Source: Phycisphaerales bacterium
Lineage (GTDB): Bacteria; Planctomycetota; Phycisphaerae; WQYP01
DNA: 47,172 nucleotides
Direction: 5' to 3'
Assembly (NCBI GenBank): GCA_027366125.1
Contig: DAHXKZ010000216.1
Location: forward strand, 1-47,172
Position numbers and translations under genes: made by a program
Part shown: piece after piece, positions 36,010 through 46,509 of the stretch
How positions within the stretch are numbered: the first letter of the stretch is position 1
How the letters are laid out: each line of letters opens with the position of its first letter
The notes under the pieces: model-generated
Database searches by the model: none
What the model saw: only the letters and a program-made list of their open reading frames with translations
Told to the model about the DNA's origin: nothing

Positions 36010-37629
36010 ATGGCAACAACAAAGAAAGACCAATCCCACAAGCCGCTGGTGGTCATTGGCCTGCTTGGAACCACGCTTGACGGCGGCGGCGGCGTGCAAC
36101 GCTGGGAACGCTGGCGGCCAACGGTAGACCTGTGCCGCCATGATGATCTGGTCATTGACCGCTTGGAACTGCTGCACCAGGAAAAGTTTAACAAGCTCGG
36201 CGACACTGTAACCGCGGACATTGCCCGGTGTTCGCCGGAAACGCAGGTCCGCCGGCACATGGTGGAATTTGCCAACCCATGGGATTTTCAGGAAGTGTAC
36301 GGCACGCTGCTGGATTTCGCCCGCGCGTATCGTTTCGATCCGGATAAAGAGGATTATCTGGTGCATATAACCACCGGCACCCATGTGAGCCAGATCTGCC
36401 TTTTCCTGTTAACCGAGGCCCGCTGGCTGCCCGCACGGCTGCTGCAAACCGCGCCGCCCGGCGGCCATCGCCCATCCACGCCCGGCACGCACGCCATCAT
36501 TGACCTGGACCTTTCACAATACGACCGCATCGCATCGCGCTTTATGCAGCAGACCACGGAATCGGTTTCGTTCTTAAAGTCCGGCATTGATACAAAAAGC
36601 GCGGCGTTTAACGCGCTTATTGGGCGAATTGAACGCGTGGCCGGCGCTTCCAAGGCCCCGATTTTGCTCATTGGCCCCACCGGCGCCGGCAAGAGCCAAC
36701 TGGCCCGGAGAATTTATGAATTAAAAAAAACGCGGCGACAGGTGCTGGGCGCGTTTGTGGAGGTCAACTGCGCCACCTTGCGCGGCGATGCCGCCATGTC
36801 CACGCTTTTTGGCCATGTGAAGGGGGCGTTCACCGGCGCGGTGTCCGCCCGGCCGGGGCTGTTGCGCGCCGCGGACAAAGGAATGCTGTTTTTGGATGAA
36901 ATTGGTGAACTGGGGGCCGATGAACAGGCCATGCTGCTGCGCGCCGTGGAAGAGAAACGCTTTCTGCCCGTCGGGGCCGATGGCGAAGCGGCCTCGGACT
37001 TTCAACTGCTGGCGGGGACAAATTGCGATTTACAACGCGCCGTGATCGACGGCCGCTTCCGCGAAGATTTATTCGCGCGCATCAACTTGTGGACATTCAA
37101 TCTGCCGGGCCTGAAAGACCGCCGGGAGGATTTGGAACCCAACATTGAATATGAACTGGCGCAATTTGCCCGCAACCACGGCACAAAAGTGACATTTAAT
37201 AAGGAAGCCCGGGCGAAATTTCTGGCGTTTGCCCAGTCGCCCGAAGCTCTGTGGCGGCGCAACTTCCGCGACTTAAACGCCAGCATTTCCCGCATGGCAA
37301 CATTGGCCGTGGCCGCCGGCGGGGCACGCATCGGCTTGGAAGATGTGAATGCGGAAATCGCGGCATTGGCGGCGTCCTGGCAGGATATTTCCGGGGCCCC
37401 GCAGGGCGAGCTGCCGGAGGCCGTTGCGGCTAAGGCCGGTGAACTTGACGTGTTTGACCGGGTACAACTGGCGGAAGTGGTGCGCGTGTGCCAGGCTGCG
37501 TCAACAATTTCCGATGCGGGCCGAACGCTGTTTGCGGCCAGCCGGAAAACGAAAAAAGCCCCCAATGACGCCGATCGTCTGCGCAAATATCTGGCCCGCT
37601 TCAGCCTGACATTTGATGACCTGCGGTGA
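36010..37629 (+). CDS. rtcR: sigma-54-dependent transcriptional activator RtcR (CARF-like N-terminal domain plus AAA+ domain)
   Basis: I chose the start at 36010 ([21 protein letters not shown]). The AAA+ core carries [15 protein letters not shown], the GAFTGA loop ([10 protein letters not shown]) and LFLDEIGEL. The gene is divergent from rsr, as in known rtc loci. Confidence 0.88.
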   Translation: MATTKKDQSHKPLVVIGLLGTTLDGGGGVQRWERWRPTVDLCRHDDLVIDRLELLHQEKFNKLGDTVTADIARCSPETQVRRHMVEFANPWDFQEVYGTLLDFARAYRFDPDKEDYLVHITTGTHVSQICLFLLTEARWLPARLLQTAPPGGHRPSTPGTHAIIDLDLSQYDRIASRFMQQTTESVSFLKSGIDTKSAAFNALIGRIERVAGASKAPILLIGPTGAGKSQLARRIYELKKTRRQVLGAFVEVNCATLRGDAAMSTLFGHVKGAFTGAVSARPGLLRAADKGMLFLDEIGELGADEQAMLLRAVEEKRFLPVGADGEAASDFQLLAGTNCDLQRAVIDGRFREDLFARINLWTFNLPGLKDRREDLEPNIEYELAQFARNHGTKVTFNKEARAKFLAFAQSPEALWRRNFRDLNASISRMATLAVAAGGARIGLEDVNAEIAALAASWQDISGAPQGELPEAVAAKAGELDVFDRVQLAEVVRVCQAASTISDAGRTLFAASRKTKKAPNDADRLRKYLARFSLTFDDLR

Positions 37630-37708
37630 GGCGGTTTATGATTATATACGCGGTGGCTTGCCGTTGGTTGGTAAACGACCCGTAGCGCAAGCGAAATTGC
37701 GAGGAAAT

Positions 37709-38332
37709 ATGGCCAGAAACAGGGGTTGCCGCGCGGCGCTTTTCGTGTTGAGTTGCGTTTCTCTTGCTGCCGCGCCGCTCGCCGCTAGCAAGAAATTCGC
37801 AGCCAAACGGGCTCCGGGCGGACACCGTTATGTTATTGCCCTTACCGCGCGCCGGATGACCGCGATACATTGGCGGGCCAAGGCTAAAACATTGCGCGGG
37901 CTGATCGCAAGAACTAAACCATTGTTTGTGTGCCGTGGCCATCATGGCGAAACCTATTTGATTTGGATTAGCCCCCGAAACGTCGCCACGCCAACTTTTA
38001 CAATGGACTGCGCGTATCAGGTGGGCGATGGGCCCGTCCTTCGCCGCTGGGTTTTATTGCCGCCCGCGAAGCAGTTGCCGGGCGTTTTGTACCGCCAAAT
38101 TCGGGGCGGCCATCGGCGTGCCGAGCTTTTATTGGGAGCGCCCGCGAAATTGATTACCGATGGCGGGGGAACCGGCAGCAGTGCCGCGACGGTTCTGTCG
38201 CGCATTTCCGGCCATGGCATGGTTTGCTGGATTAAATGGGAATCAATGATGGGCGGCGGCGGGCCACGAGGTCACAGACGTGAATCTGTTTTTCTGGCGC
38301 ACGCGACGGAAGCATTGGCGGTTCCTGGGTAA
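37709..38332 (+). CDS. hypothetical secreted protein
   Basis: GAGGAA precedes the ATG. The N-terminus is signal-like (MARNRGCRAALFVLSCVSLAAAPLAAS). I recognise no family. Confidence 0.4.
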   Translation: MARNRGCRAALFVLSCVSLAAAPLAASKKFAAKRAPGGHRYVIALTARRMTAIHWRAKAKTLRGLIARTKPLFVCRGHHGETYLIWISPRNVATPTFTMDCAYQVGDGPVLRRWVLLPPAKQLPGVLYRQIRGGHRRAELLLGAPAKLITDGGGTGSSAATVLSRISGHGMVCWIKWESMMGGGGPRGHRRESVFLAHATEALAVPG

Positions 38333-38366
38333 GGGGCCGCGATCTGATTGCGGAAGCTTGGGCTAC

Positions 38367-38768
38367 ATGAAGGCGATCGGCACAAATACTTTTCGTGTGC
38401 TCTGGCGGACGGCTAAACGGGCGGCGCCAGTTATTCTTTTCACGCACCACCAAATACGAACGCCGGACCAGGACGCGTTTTTAACGCTGCGGCCCGCCCG
38501 CCGTGACATCCGCCGGGACGGCCTGTTGGTGCGCGGGCGCTGGCATTGGCGTGGCCAGCCGTATGTTCTGGCGCGGCAGGGGCGGACCATCGCCAATGTG
38601 GCTCGTTTGCTGGCCCTTTATAACCACAAAAATCGCCATTTCCCGCGTGTCACGGCGGCAGCGCTGGCCATGGCCGTGGAAGCGTTGCGGCAACGCAATC
38701 CTAAAATGTCGCTTAACGCATTTATGCGTGCAACGCGCGTCAACGTGCCGCGTAGCCTCGCACCATGA
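38367..38768 (+). CDS. hypothetical Arg-rich protein; the start is uncertain
   Basis: This is an ORF in a different frame that overlaps the previous stop. There is no recognisable motif, and it could be spurious in this GC-rich DNA. Confidence 0.3.
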   Translation: MKAIGTNTFRVLWRTAKRAAPVILFTHHQIRTPDQDAFLTLRPARRDIRRDGLLVRGRWHWRGQPYVLARQGRTIANVARLLALYNHKNRHFPRVTAAALAMAVEALRQRNPKMSLNAFMRATRVNVPRSLAP

Positions 38769-40353
38769 GGCGCCGGGTTCTTATGCGTGTCTTGGATGAA
38801 AAAAACGCCTCAGATATTGGCGTGTTTGCCCATAATTGGTAGGTGTTACCCTGGGGTGAATAATGCAGCGGCTGATGGGTGTAGACATTGTCGGGAATTC
38901 GTGGCAGATACCGGGGCAAGAGGGCGCGCAGGCTGGCGGGGTATCGACCGTGGCGGCTCTCGTAGATGCGCAGGGCCAGCGCGGTTTTCGCCAGCCGCAC
39001 CGCCATTACGCCGCGGTTATGCAAAACGACCGTCTGCGTTAAAGAGGGCGCAATAAGGGCGATAAGTAACCGGGCGATGCGCTGCGAATAGGGGCCGCGC
39101 CTCTCGAAAAAGTGTCGGCTAAAAGTCCTGACAACAACCGAATGGTGGTCGGTGCTGGTGAATCCATTCTGAAATTTTTGCCAGTGCATTGACGCGCCGT
39201 GGGCGGGCAACCCCGTCACGACTTCTCGAATGCGACGGTTGATTGCTTCCAGGGCGCGCCCCTGCGCGGCAAACGTCGGGCGTCGAAACGCCGCCACCGC
39301 AGCGTCGCAATACTGATTCACGGTGCGCATGATCTCATTCCAATTGGCGCCGGCCAGGCCCGGCACATGGGTCTTGGCGTCGCGCTTGCTGGGCAGCATG
39401 AACAGGCCGGTCGCCGCGCCGCGCGCCGCTGCCATGCGCGTCACGAAATCCAGCGCCACCAGGCGTTGACCATGACCCATGCTGTACGCCGGCCCGCGCA
39501 AGCGCGGCAGACGGTGCAAGACGTTCAAAAGCGCGCGGGCAGGCCCTGCGGGCAGGGCGTTGTGACTGGCCAGGTAAATGGTCGCATTGGCCGCGTCCTC
39601 GGCGGCTTTCCACGCGACCACCTGAGCAATTAATACCGGGACATCGCTGGCCATGGCCGTAAGCCTAAACACGCCGGCCAGCGCCCGTTCCGCGGGCGCA
39701 GGATGCTTTTTTTGCGCTTCGAGCATGGCCCGCGCCACGAGCATGCGCCATGCCAGGCGTTCGTAATATAATCGCGGCATGGGCCCGCTGATTAACAGAC
39801 CGGTTTTGCGCGACGGCAAGATAGGCCAATAAAATTTCGTAAGATTTCCTGCATGTATCCAAAGCCGCAGCGCTGCGGCATTGTTACGAAGATATTTTGC
39901 AATCCACGGATGGCGTTGCGCCGGCCACGGTTTTTGGCACACAATCGACAAACGAGAACTGAAATGACGCAGCCGTTGCGGCAGACGCAGGTAGTACAAC
40001 CCGCTGGGAATAGGGATGCCCAGCATGCGATAAAATTCTGGCCAATATTTGGCGGGCAGCGCCGTCGGTGGAATGGTTTGAAAAAGAAAAGCCGCCGCGT
40101 TGTTACCCGGCGTTACGCCCTTGCTGAAATGCAGGTTCAACGCCGCGGCATAATCTGGCAGCCCGTCCTTTTTCAGTGGATGCGTGATGAAAGTTGTGGC
40201 GCGGCCGATGGTCAGGCGCATGCCTGGCACGAAGCCCCGGGCCGGCGGTGCGTGCTTTGCTGTGGTTCCCGTTGCGAATGCGGCCTTGGCCAAAAGACAC
40301 GCACAAGCTGCGCCGGCACAAGTCACTTGCCATCTTCGGTTGCTGTCTCGCAT
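38740..40353 (-). CDS. hypothetical secreted protein with a pseudopilin-like C-terminal motif
   Basis: 537-aa ORF with a signal-like N-terminus (VTCAGAACACLLAKAAFA). The C-terminus ALRIYESRHGRYPASLRALLPRYLPRIPDNVYTHQPLHYSPQGNTYQLW resembles the globular part of GspG-type pseudopilins. Confidence 0.55.
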   Translation of the reverse strand: MRDSNRRWQVTCAGAACACLLAKAAFATGTTAKHAPPARGFVPGMRLTIGRATTFITHPLKKDGLPDYAAALNLHFSKGVTPGNNAAAFLFQTIPPTALPAKYWPEFYRMLGIPIPSGLYYLRLPQRLRHFSSRLSIVCQKPWPAQRHPWIAKYLRNNAAALRLWIHAGNLTKFYWPILPSRKTGLLISGPMPRLYYERLAWRMLVARAMLEAQKKHPAPAERALAGVFRLTAMASDVPVLIAQVVAWKAAEDAANATIYLASHNALPAGPARALLNVLHRLPRLRGPAYSMGHGQRLVALDFVTRMAAARGAATGLFMLPSKRDAKTHVPGLAGANWNEIMRTVNQYCDAAVAAFRRPTFAAQGRALEAINRRIREVVTGLPAHGASMHWQKFQNGFTSTDHHSVVVRTFSRHFFERRGPYSQRIARLLIALIAPSLTQTVVLHNRGVMAVRLAKTALALRIYESRHGRYPASLRALLPRYLPRIPDNVYTHQPLHYSPQGNTYQLWANTPISEAFFSSKTRIRTRRLMVRGYAAR

Positions 40354-40413
40354 GGCGTGGTCTCACAAAACAAGTTGTTGACATATTACCGACCGGCCAT
40401 TTCGGCAACGCCT

Positions 40414-41436
40414 TTACTGCCCCCGATACAACCGGCGCGGGATATTCCAAGGGTGAAATTTGCTGCCGGGCCTGACCCAAAATATCTTGCGCCCGTGGTA
40501 GATGGCCTCGATGCCATGGCGATTGATCATGAACGTTTTCATCGGCAGCGGCGTGTTGACTTGCAAATGGCTGATGTGCTCAACAAATTCTGCCGTAACA
40601 GGCTTGCGCTTTCCGCCCGTCACGCTTACCTTCTCATGGACCAGCACCGGCAGATAAGCGGGGCCGCCTTTGGTGGCAAAGCGTTTATAATGAAATGTAT
40701 ACGCCAGGCGTACCGCGCGGCCCAGCGAAATGCGGGCGTGCAGCACGACTTGTTTCGGTAAATAATCCGGACGCCGCATGAAGACAATCGTGTACGTTTT
40801 CCGCGGGCGTTTGTCTTTTCCGTTCACAGCCCCGCGCGGAATATATTCCGCCACGCGCCGCCCGTGAACGTTGTGCAACCAGCGGGCGGTTCGCACGCGC
40901 TGTTCAAGCTGCTTGTATCCAACCCGCACGTTTGCCCATCGCATGCTGTGAATGGTTCCGTCCGCATGATGCTCGCGCTTCAAAAACACCAGCGGCAGCA
41001 GCACGCCGGGCATCGGCTGCGGGTCGGCCGTGTTGGCTGGCTGGTGGTAAGAATGCACGCAAAACTCAATGCCGTTCCCCTGCGTCTGCTGGTCCCACTT
41101 GCCGTTCCAAGCATGTTGAAAATCAAATTGCACCTTGCCGCCCGCCTTGACGAACATGCTGGTGAAAAAGAATGGCCCCTGGTCCGCGAAGCGCGAAACC
41201 TCCTTAAAGCTCTTGACCGGCGGCGCTTTCGCCGCATCAGGCAGCCGTCCGGCCACCAGAGAACGGGTGGCCGAAAATGTAATGGAGTGAATTTTGCGGT
41301 ATTGGTTGATAAGACGGTCCAGGCGCCCCTGCACGCCCGCGGCGCCGACAGCCGCCGTTTTCGCCGCCACCACCGGCGCCGCCAGCAGCAGCCAGCCGCC
41401 GCAGAATGCCGCCCAATGTATTCTACCGCCAGCCAT
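40414..41436 (-). CDS. hypothetical secreted protein
   Basis: I chose the start at 41436 (MAGGRIHWAAFCGGWLLLAAPVVAA, a signal peptide). The composition looks like a genuine globular protein. No family is recognised. Confidence 0.55.
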   Translation of the reverse strand: MAGGRIHWAAFCGGWLLLAAPVVAAKTAAVGAAGVQGRLDRLINQYRKIHSITFSATRSLVAGRLPDAAKAPPVKSFKEVSRFADQGPFFFTSMFVKAGGKVQFDFQHAWNGKWDQQTQGNGIEFCVHSYHQPANTADPQPMPGVLLPLVFLKREHHADGTIHSMRWANVRVGYKQLEQRVRTARWLHNVHGRRVAEYIPRGAVNGKDKRPRKTYTIVFMRRPDYLPKQVVLHARISLGRAVRLAYTFHYKRFATKGGPAYLPVLVHEKVSVTGGKRKPVTAEFVEHISHLQVNTPLPMKTFMINRHGIEAIYHGRKIFWVRPGSKFHPWNIPRRLYRGQ

Positions 41437-41533
41437 GCAAGTTTCCCTGGCAATACGATCGAGCATAAACCAAATCACCATTCGGCGATTTATAAACAAC
41501 GTGTCTTGAAGACCGCCTCGCTTTTAAGAGGCC

Positions 41534-41746
41534 TTACGCCGCCGATGGCATGGTCTCCATGGCCGCGATTTGATTCATGCGCAGATACGCCAGGCGGTCG
41601 GAACGGGGAAAGCAGAACACGATCTGGCTTTGGCCCAGCGCCAACAAATGTGGGTCCACCACATCATAGTGATCGCCGTTCGACAAGATAATGCGGAAAG
41701 GCTGAAACGGCTCGCGGTCCAACAGTTCTTTAAGTTGCTCAATCAT
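41534..41746 (-). CDS. small hypothetical protein (70 aa)
   Basis: A compact ORF with non-biased composition (MIEQLKELLDREPFQPFRIILSNGDHYDV...). It is on the same strand as its flanking genes. Confidence 0.45.
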   Translation of the reverse strand: MIEQLKELLDREPFQPFRIILSNGDHYDVVDPHLLALGQSQIVFCFPRSDRLAYLRMNQIAAMETMPSAA

Positions 41747-41838
41747 ACTTTAATGCTATCGTTTCTCCGCGCCGGCAGTCAATACGGCGCGGCCTTTTCC
41801 GGCCCGCCGGGTGATGCATTCCCTGGACGGCATGCCTC

Positions 41839-42981
41839 CTACGCGGCACACGAAACAGAGCTTTCAACGCCCAGGTTCTGCCCGTTGTCGCCCGGTTCAA
41901 ACAGGTGCATGCGGGTGACATCAATGGCGAACGCCACAGGTTCCGTGGGCGTTAAGCCACCGTATTGCCGTGCATCCGCCCGGCACACCAGCGATTCTCC
42001 ACTGGCTGTTACCGCGTAGACATCAACCTTGTCGCCCAACGGCTCCACCACGGTAACTTGTGCGGAAATGATGTTCTGCTGGCCATGAAACTTTTCTTCG
42101 GGCCCCGGCGTCATGCTTTCGGGCCGCACGCCCAGCACCGCCTGGGCTAAGCCGCGCGCGCCAGCGGCCGCGGAAAGCCGCGCCGGCAGGGCGATGCTCT
42201 GCTGCCCAAAGGTAAACATGCCGCCTTGCAATTGCCCGTTAATAAAATTCATGGGCGGCGTGCCGACAAACCCGGCCACAAAGCGGTTGGTGGGTGAATC
42301 GTATACTTCAAGCGGCGTGGCGCACTGCTGAATTTTGCCATCTTTCATCACCACAATGCGGTCGCCTAACGTCATGGCTTCTTCCTGGTCGTGCGTGACG
42401 TAAATGGAAGTGGTTTGTAATTTCAGGTGAAGGCGTTTCAGGCTGGCGCGGGTTTCAATGCGTAACTTCGCATCAAGATTGGACAACGGTTCATCAAATA
42501 AAAATGCCTTGGGATTGCGCACAATTGCCCGACCCACCGCCACGCGTTGCCGCTGCCCGCCGGAAAGCGCCTTGGGCTTGCGGTCAAGATACGGCGTGAT
42601 GTTCAGCATTTCAGCCGCTTCGCGCACGCGGCGGTCAATGTCGGCCTTGGTAAGGCCCAGTTCACGGCGCCGGATTTTCAAGCCGAACGCCATATTTTGA
42701 TAAACGCTCATGTGCGGATAAAGGGCATAGTTCTGAAACACCATGGCAATGTCGCGGTCTTTTGGCGCCACGTTGTTCACGATGCGGTCGCCAATTTTCA
42801 GCGTGCCGGAGGATATTTCTTCCAGTCCCGCCACCATGCGCAACGTGGTGGATTTGCCGCAACCGGAGGGGCCCACCAGCACCAGGAATTCCCGGTCGCG
42901 CACGGACAGGCTGATGCGGTCCACCGCCATGACATTGCCGGGGTACACTTTGCTGACTTCCAGCAATTCTACCGATGCCAT
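41839..42981 (-). CDS. sugar ABC transporter ATP-binding protein (MalK/UgpC-like)
   Basis: I chose the start at 42981 (AGGAG upstream). Walker A is GPSGCGKST, the signature is [14 protein letters not shown] and Walker B is [13 protein letters not shown]-terminal regulatory (TOBE-like) domain is present. Confidence 0.9.
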   Translation of the reverse strand: MASVELLEVSKVYPGNVMAVDRISLSVRDREFLVLVGPSGCGKSTTLRMVAGLEEISSGTLKIGDRIVNNVAPKDRDIAMVFQNYALYPHMSVYQNMAFGLKIRRRELGLTKADIDRRVREAAEMLNITPYLDRKPKALSGGQRQRVAVGRAIVRNPKAFLFDEPLSNLDAKLRIETRASLKRLHLKLQTTSIYVTHDQEEAMTLGDRIVVMKDGKIQQCATPLEVYDSPTNRFVAGFVGTPPMNFINGQLQGGMFTFGQQSIALPARLSAAAGARGLAQAVLGVRPESMTPGPEEKFHGQQNIISAQVTVVEPLGDKVDVYAVTASGESLVCRADARQYGGLTPTEPVAFAIDVTRMHLFEPGDNGQNLGVESSVSCAA

Positions 42982-43078
42982 TGTTCGCTCCTGTTGATTG
43001 CCAAGAAATTTTGCGGGCGCCTGATTCGCCATGCCCGGCGCCTGCGCCGCTGCGTGCCTGGTTCGTGCGGGCCCAAGC

Positions 43079-44041
43079 TTACCCCTTCAGGCCGCTGGTG
43101 GCCACGCTTTCCACAAAGTACCGCTGAGCCACAAAGAATAGTATCACGCATGGCAGCATGGTAACGCAACTGGCCGCCATGAGCAGTTCGGCATGGCGCA
43201 CGCCGTACTGACCGCTGAAGGCCGAAAGCGCCAGCGCCAGCGTGCGGTTGTGCGGGGAATTTAAGTATATCAGCGGGTTGAGGTAATCGTTCCACGCGCC
43301 CAGAAACGTGTAAATGGCCACGATGGCAATGACTGGTAGCGAGAGCGGCAGCATGAATTTCCAATAAATCTTCCAGTTTGAAGCGCCGTCAATCCGCGCG
43401 GCTTCAATCAACTCTTCGGGCACCTGCGCAAAAAACTGCCGAAACATGAACACAAAAAATGGCGAGGCCAGCCAGGCCGGTACGATCAGCGGCAAAAAGG
43501 TGTTGATCCAGCCCAGATCGCGGAACAATAGAAACACGGGGATCATGGTCACCTGCGGGGGCAGCATCATGGTCGATAACATAATCATAAATATGATGTT
43601 GCGTCCGGGAAAGCGGAACCGCGCGAAACCAAAGCCCACCAGGCTGCTGGATAAAATCTGCCCCGCCACCGAAAGGGACGTGATGAATATGGTATTGGCC
43701 AGCGCGTTGAAGAAATGCATCCGGGCCAGCGCCCGCGGATAGTTCGACCAATGCAAGGCGTTGGGCAGCGGATGGGCCATGCCCTGTTCAACCCCGCCCG
43801 CGCTACGCAGGCTGTCGCTTAGCATGAACGCGAACGGCACAAGCATCAGCAGCGCGCCCAGCAGCAGCAGGCCATAGACCGCCAGCGGGCCCACACGCAC
43901 GGGCCGGCGGCGCGCCGTCGGGGGGCCGGCGCCCGCGGGCGGTTCCAGCAGATCCGGCGCGTTCTGCCGCAGCGCCGGGTCCATGCCCAGCGGGTGCGGC
44001 GGAAGCGTGTCGCGTAAACTGGCGGTGGAGCCTGTGGTCAT
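43079..44041 (-). CDS. carbohydrate ABC transporter permease (MalG-like)
   Basis: There are six predicted TM segments and an EAA loop ([20 protein letters not shown]). The start overlaps the upstream stop (ATGA). Confidence 0.85.
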   Translation of the reverse strand: MTTGSTASLRDTLPPHPLGMDPALRQNAPDLLEPPAGAGPPTARRRPVRVGPLAVYGLLLLGALLMLVPFAFMLSDSLRSAGGVEQGMAHPLPNALHWSNYPRALARMHFFNALANTIFITSLSVAGQILSSSLVGFGFARFRFPGRNIIFMIMLSTMMLPPQVTMIPVFLLFRDLGWINTFLPLIVPAWLASPFFVFMFRQFFAQVPEELIEAARIDGASNWKIYWKFMLPLSLPVIAIVAIYTFLGAWNDYLNPLIYLNSPHNRTLALALSAFSGQYGVRHAELLMAASCVTMLPCVILFFVAQRYFVESVATSGLKG

Positions 44042-46470
44042 GTCTTAAGCCCCTCATAATAAACCCAGTTGCGCGAAGCCCGGAATACCAGCAGCGTCAG
44101 CAGCAGCACAATAACAAACAATATCCACGCCAAAGCGGAGGCGTACCCCATGTTGTGCGCTTCAAAGGCCTGCTGATACAGGTACAGCACATAAAACAGC
44201 GTGTCATTGTTGGGACCGCCCTGCGTCATGACCTGCGCCTGCGTGAACACCTGAAAGCTGCCGATAATCGACATCACCAGATTGTAAAACAACAAAGGCG
44301 ACAGCATGGGAATGGTCACGGCAAAGAAGCACCGCACCGGCCCGGCGCCGTCAATGGTGGCGGCTTCATACAGTGACGCGGGCACCCCCTTGAGGCCGGC
44401 CAAATAAATGACCATGCCGCTGCCCACGCCCCACAGGCCCATGATCACAAACGCGGGAATGGCCCAGACCCCGGCGTTTAGGCCGAACCAATCCGGCGGA
44501 TGTGCGCCAAACAGATGCGTAAGCGGCGCCAGCAGGGCGTTCATCAGGCCATAATCATTATTAAATATCAGAAGCCACAACGTGGCCAGGGCCACGCCGC
44601 TGACCACCGACGGCACAAAGTAAATCGTGCGAAACAGTCCGATGGCCCGAATGCGCAAATTCATTAACAGCGCCACGCCCAGCGCCGCCACCTGCGTAAG
44701 CGGCACGGAAAGCAGCGCGAAATAACAAGTTACGCGCAGCGATTTCCAAAAGACCGGGTCATCGCTAAAAATTTGCCGGTAATTGGTGGCGCCCACATAC
44801 CGCGCCCCGGAAATCGGTTCCAGCGCGCTCCATTTGGTGAACGACAGCAAGAGCGAGACGATCATCGGAACCAGCGCGAACGCCAGGAACCCGATCACCC
44901 ACGGCGAAATGAACGCATACCCCGAAAACGTCTGCCGCGCCGCCAGCGACCCTTTTTCACGCCGTTTTATGACCAGCGCCACGGCGGCGATTGCCGCAAT
45001 GGCGCCCACGATGAAAATCGCTTCCATCCAGGGCGCCCAGGGCATCGTGGGAAACTTTTTGGTTTGCAGCGGGGCGTTGAGATAATTGCCCCATTGCCGT
45101 TGCAGTGCCCCGGCCGCCGCCAGCGTACTGGTCTGCCCCATTTGCAATGAATCTTCCAACTGCTGCGTGAAGTATTGATTAAACTGCCCCTTCTGCGGCG
45201 GGTTTCGGGCGATGCGAATGTGCTTCATGGCCTTTAAGAAAACGTCCGTATGTTTGGGCAGTTGCCCGGGGCTAAGGAAGGCCGACGATTGGGCCACCGA
45301 CTTTAACGATGGAATGGCCAGCCCCAGCCGGGCCTCGCGCGCCTGCCCGGCGGGCCCGCATAAGTATTTTAGTAACTTAAATGCCTGCCGCGGATGTGGG
45401 CATGTCCGGGCGATTGCCCAGCCCACCGTGCCCACGGCCGAAACGTCCGCCACCCCGTGCGGCACGGGAACCACATCCCAACGGAACATCTTAAAGCCGC
45501 GATACACCGGCGTAAGCCACCGGCCCAACGGACCGATGCACCCGATATTACCTGTGAAAAATTCCTGGTTCTGCGATTTGGCCAGTCCCGTGGAGTTGTA
45601 CACCGTGCGCGTTTTAAAGCGCAGGCGATAGACCATGCGCATGGCCCGCTGATCGGCGGCGCCACCCAGCAATAATTGTTTGAAATGACTTCCCGGCTTG
45701 AACACTCCGCCGCCATAGCTCCACAGCACATTGCGCATGGTCATGGGCCACAGCGTCAACATTCCGCCATAAATGCGGCCCGCACTGGTATATTCCTTGG
45801 ATAGCGGCGGGCGGGGCTTCGAGTTTAATTTGGTAATTGCCGCCATGTCGCGCTGGTACTGTTTCCACGTCCATCCGTTGTACGGCACCTTGACGCCGGC
45901 CCAGTGGAATAGTTGGGTATTGACATACATCACCAATGTGGTGCAGTCCTTGGGCAGGGCATACAGCGGGCCTTTGCCTGCGTGCCCATGGGCGTAACGG
46001 AAAGCGTTTAATAATTTTGGGTAGAAATCAGAGAACCACTTGAAATGGCCGGCCGCACGTTCTTTGGCGATTTCCGGGGACAAGTTCAACGCCAGATGCC
46101 GGTGGGCGAATTCCGGCACGTTGGAATAAGAGAGGTAGAACAAATCCGGCGGGGCGCCGGCGGAAAACATGGTGCGCAGTTTGGTGCCATAGGCGTTGGC
46201 GTGAATGCGGCGGATGCGCAGCTTGGGGTGGGTTTTGCGGTAGTGGCGCAGCAGGTCGCGCACGATCTGTGTTTCCTGTTTGGACCCCCAGTGCAGCACG
46301 GTAAGCGTAATTTTCTTGCCCGCCGGATGCACATGCCGCAGAACCCGCGCGCCAACAACAAAGAACGACCAGAGCAGCAGGGCCGCGGCAGCCAGCCCCA
46401 GCAGCAGCCGCAGGTTCCCGGCCACGCCCAGCTTCCGCAGATACCGCAGAACGCGGCTAAACATATCCAT
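44038..46470 (-). CDS. fusion of a membrane-anchored extracellular solute-binding domain and a MalF-like ABC permease domain
   Basis: 810-aa ORF. An N-terminal TM anchor is followed by ~400 aa of family-1 SBP-like sequence (KKITLTVLHWGSKQE..., PPDLFYLS). TM helices and an EAA loop (YEAATIDGAGPVRCFFAVTIP) follow. Confidence 0.8.
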   Translation of the reverse strand: MDMFSRVLRYLRKLGVAGNLRLLLGLAAAALLLWSFFVVGARVLRHVHPAGKKITLTVLHWGSKQETQIVRDLLRHYRKTHPKLRIRRIHANAYGTKLRTMFSAGAPPDLFYLSYSNVPEFAHRHLALNLSPEIAKERAAGHFKWFSDFYPKLLNAFRYAHGHAGKGPLYALPKDCTTLVMYVNTQLFHWAGVKVPYNGWTWKQYQRDMAAITKLNSKPRPPLSKEYTSAGRIYGGMLTLWPMTMRNVLWSYGGGVFKPGSHFKQLLLGGAADQRAMRMVYRLRFKTRTVYNSTGLAKSQNQEFFTGNIGCIGPLGRWLTPVYRGFKMFRWDVVPVPHGVADVSAVGTVGWAIARTCPHPRQAFKLLKYLCGPAGQAREARLGLAIPSLKSVAQSSAFLSPGQLPKHTDVFLKAMKHIRIARNPPQKGQFNQYFTQQLEDSLQMGQTSTLAAAGALQRQWGNYLNAPLQTKKFPTMPWAPWMEAIFIVGAIAAIAAVALVIKRREKGSLAARQTFSGYAFISPWVIGFLAFALVPMIVSLLLSFTKWSALEPISGARYVGATNYRQIFSDDPVFWKSLRVTCYFALLSVPLTQVAALGVALLMNLRIRAIGLFRTIYFVPSVVSGVALATLWLLIFNNDYGLMNALLAPLTHLFGAHPPDWFGLNAGVWAIPAFVIMGLWGVGSGMVIYLAGLKGVPASLYEAATIDGAGPVRCFFAVTIPMLSPLLFYNLVMSIIGSFQVFTQAQVMTQGGPNNDTLFYVLYLYQQAFEAHNMGYASALAWILFVIVLLLTLLVFRASRNWVYYEGLKT

Positions 46471-46509
46471 TCATTGGCTCCAGAAGGTGCTCTAACCAGA
46501 CACGCACGC

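Noticed and set aside
38280-38366. The longer version (starting at 38280) of the second hypothetical + strand ORF, or a frameshifted fusion with 37709..38332.
   Set aside because: Nothing in the sequence supports programmed frameshifting, and the upstream part overlaps the previous ORF's 3' end. I kept the shorter call at low confidence instead.
41767-41792. An 8-bp GC hairpin (CCGCGCCG-N10-CGGCGCGG) between the ABC ATPase gene and the 70-aa ORF, as a possible terminator.
   Set aside because: The T-tract (CCTTTTCC) follows it on the + strand, whereas both flanking genes are on the - strand. On the minus strand no U-tract follows, so a terminator function is not supported.
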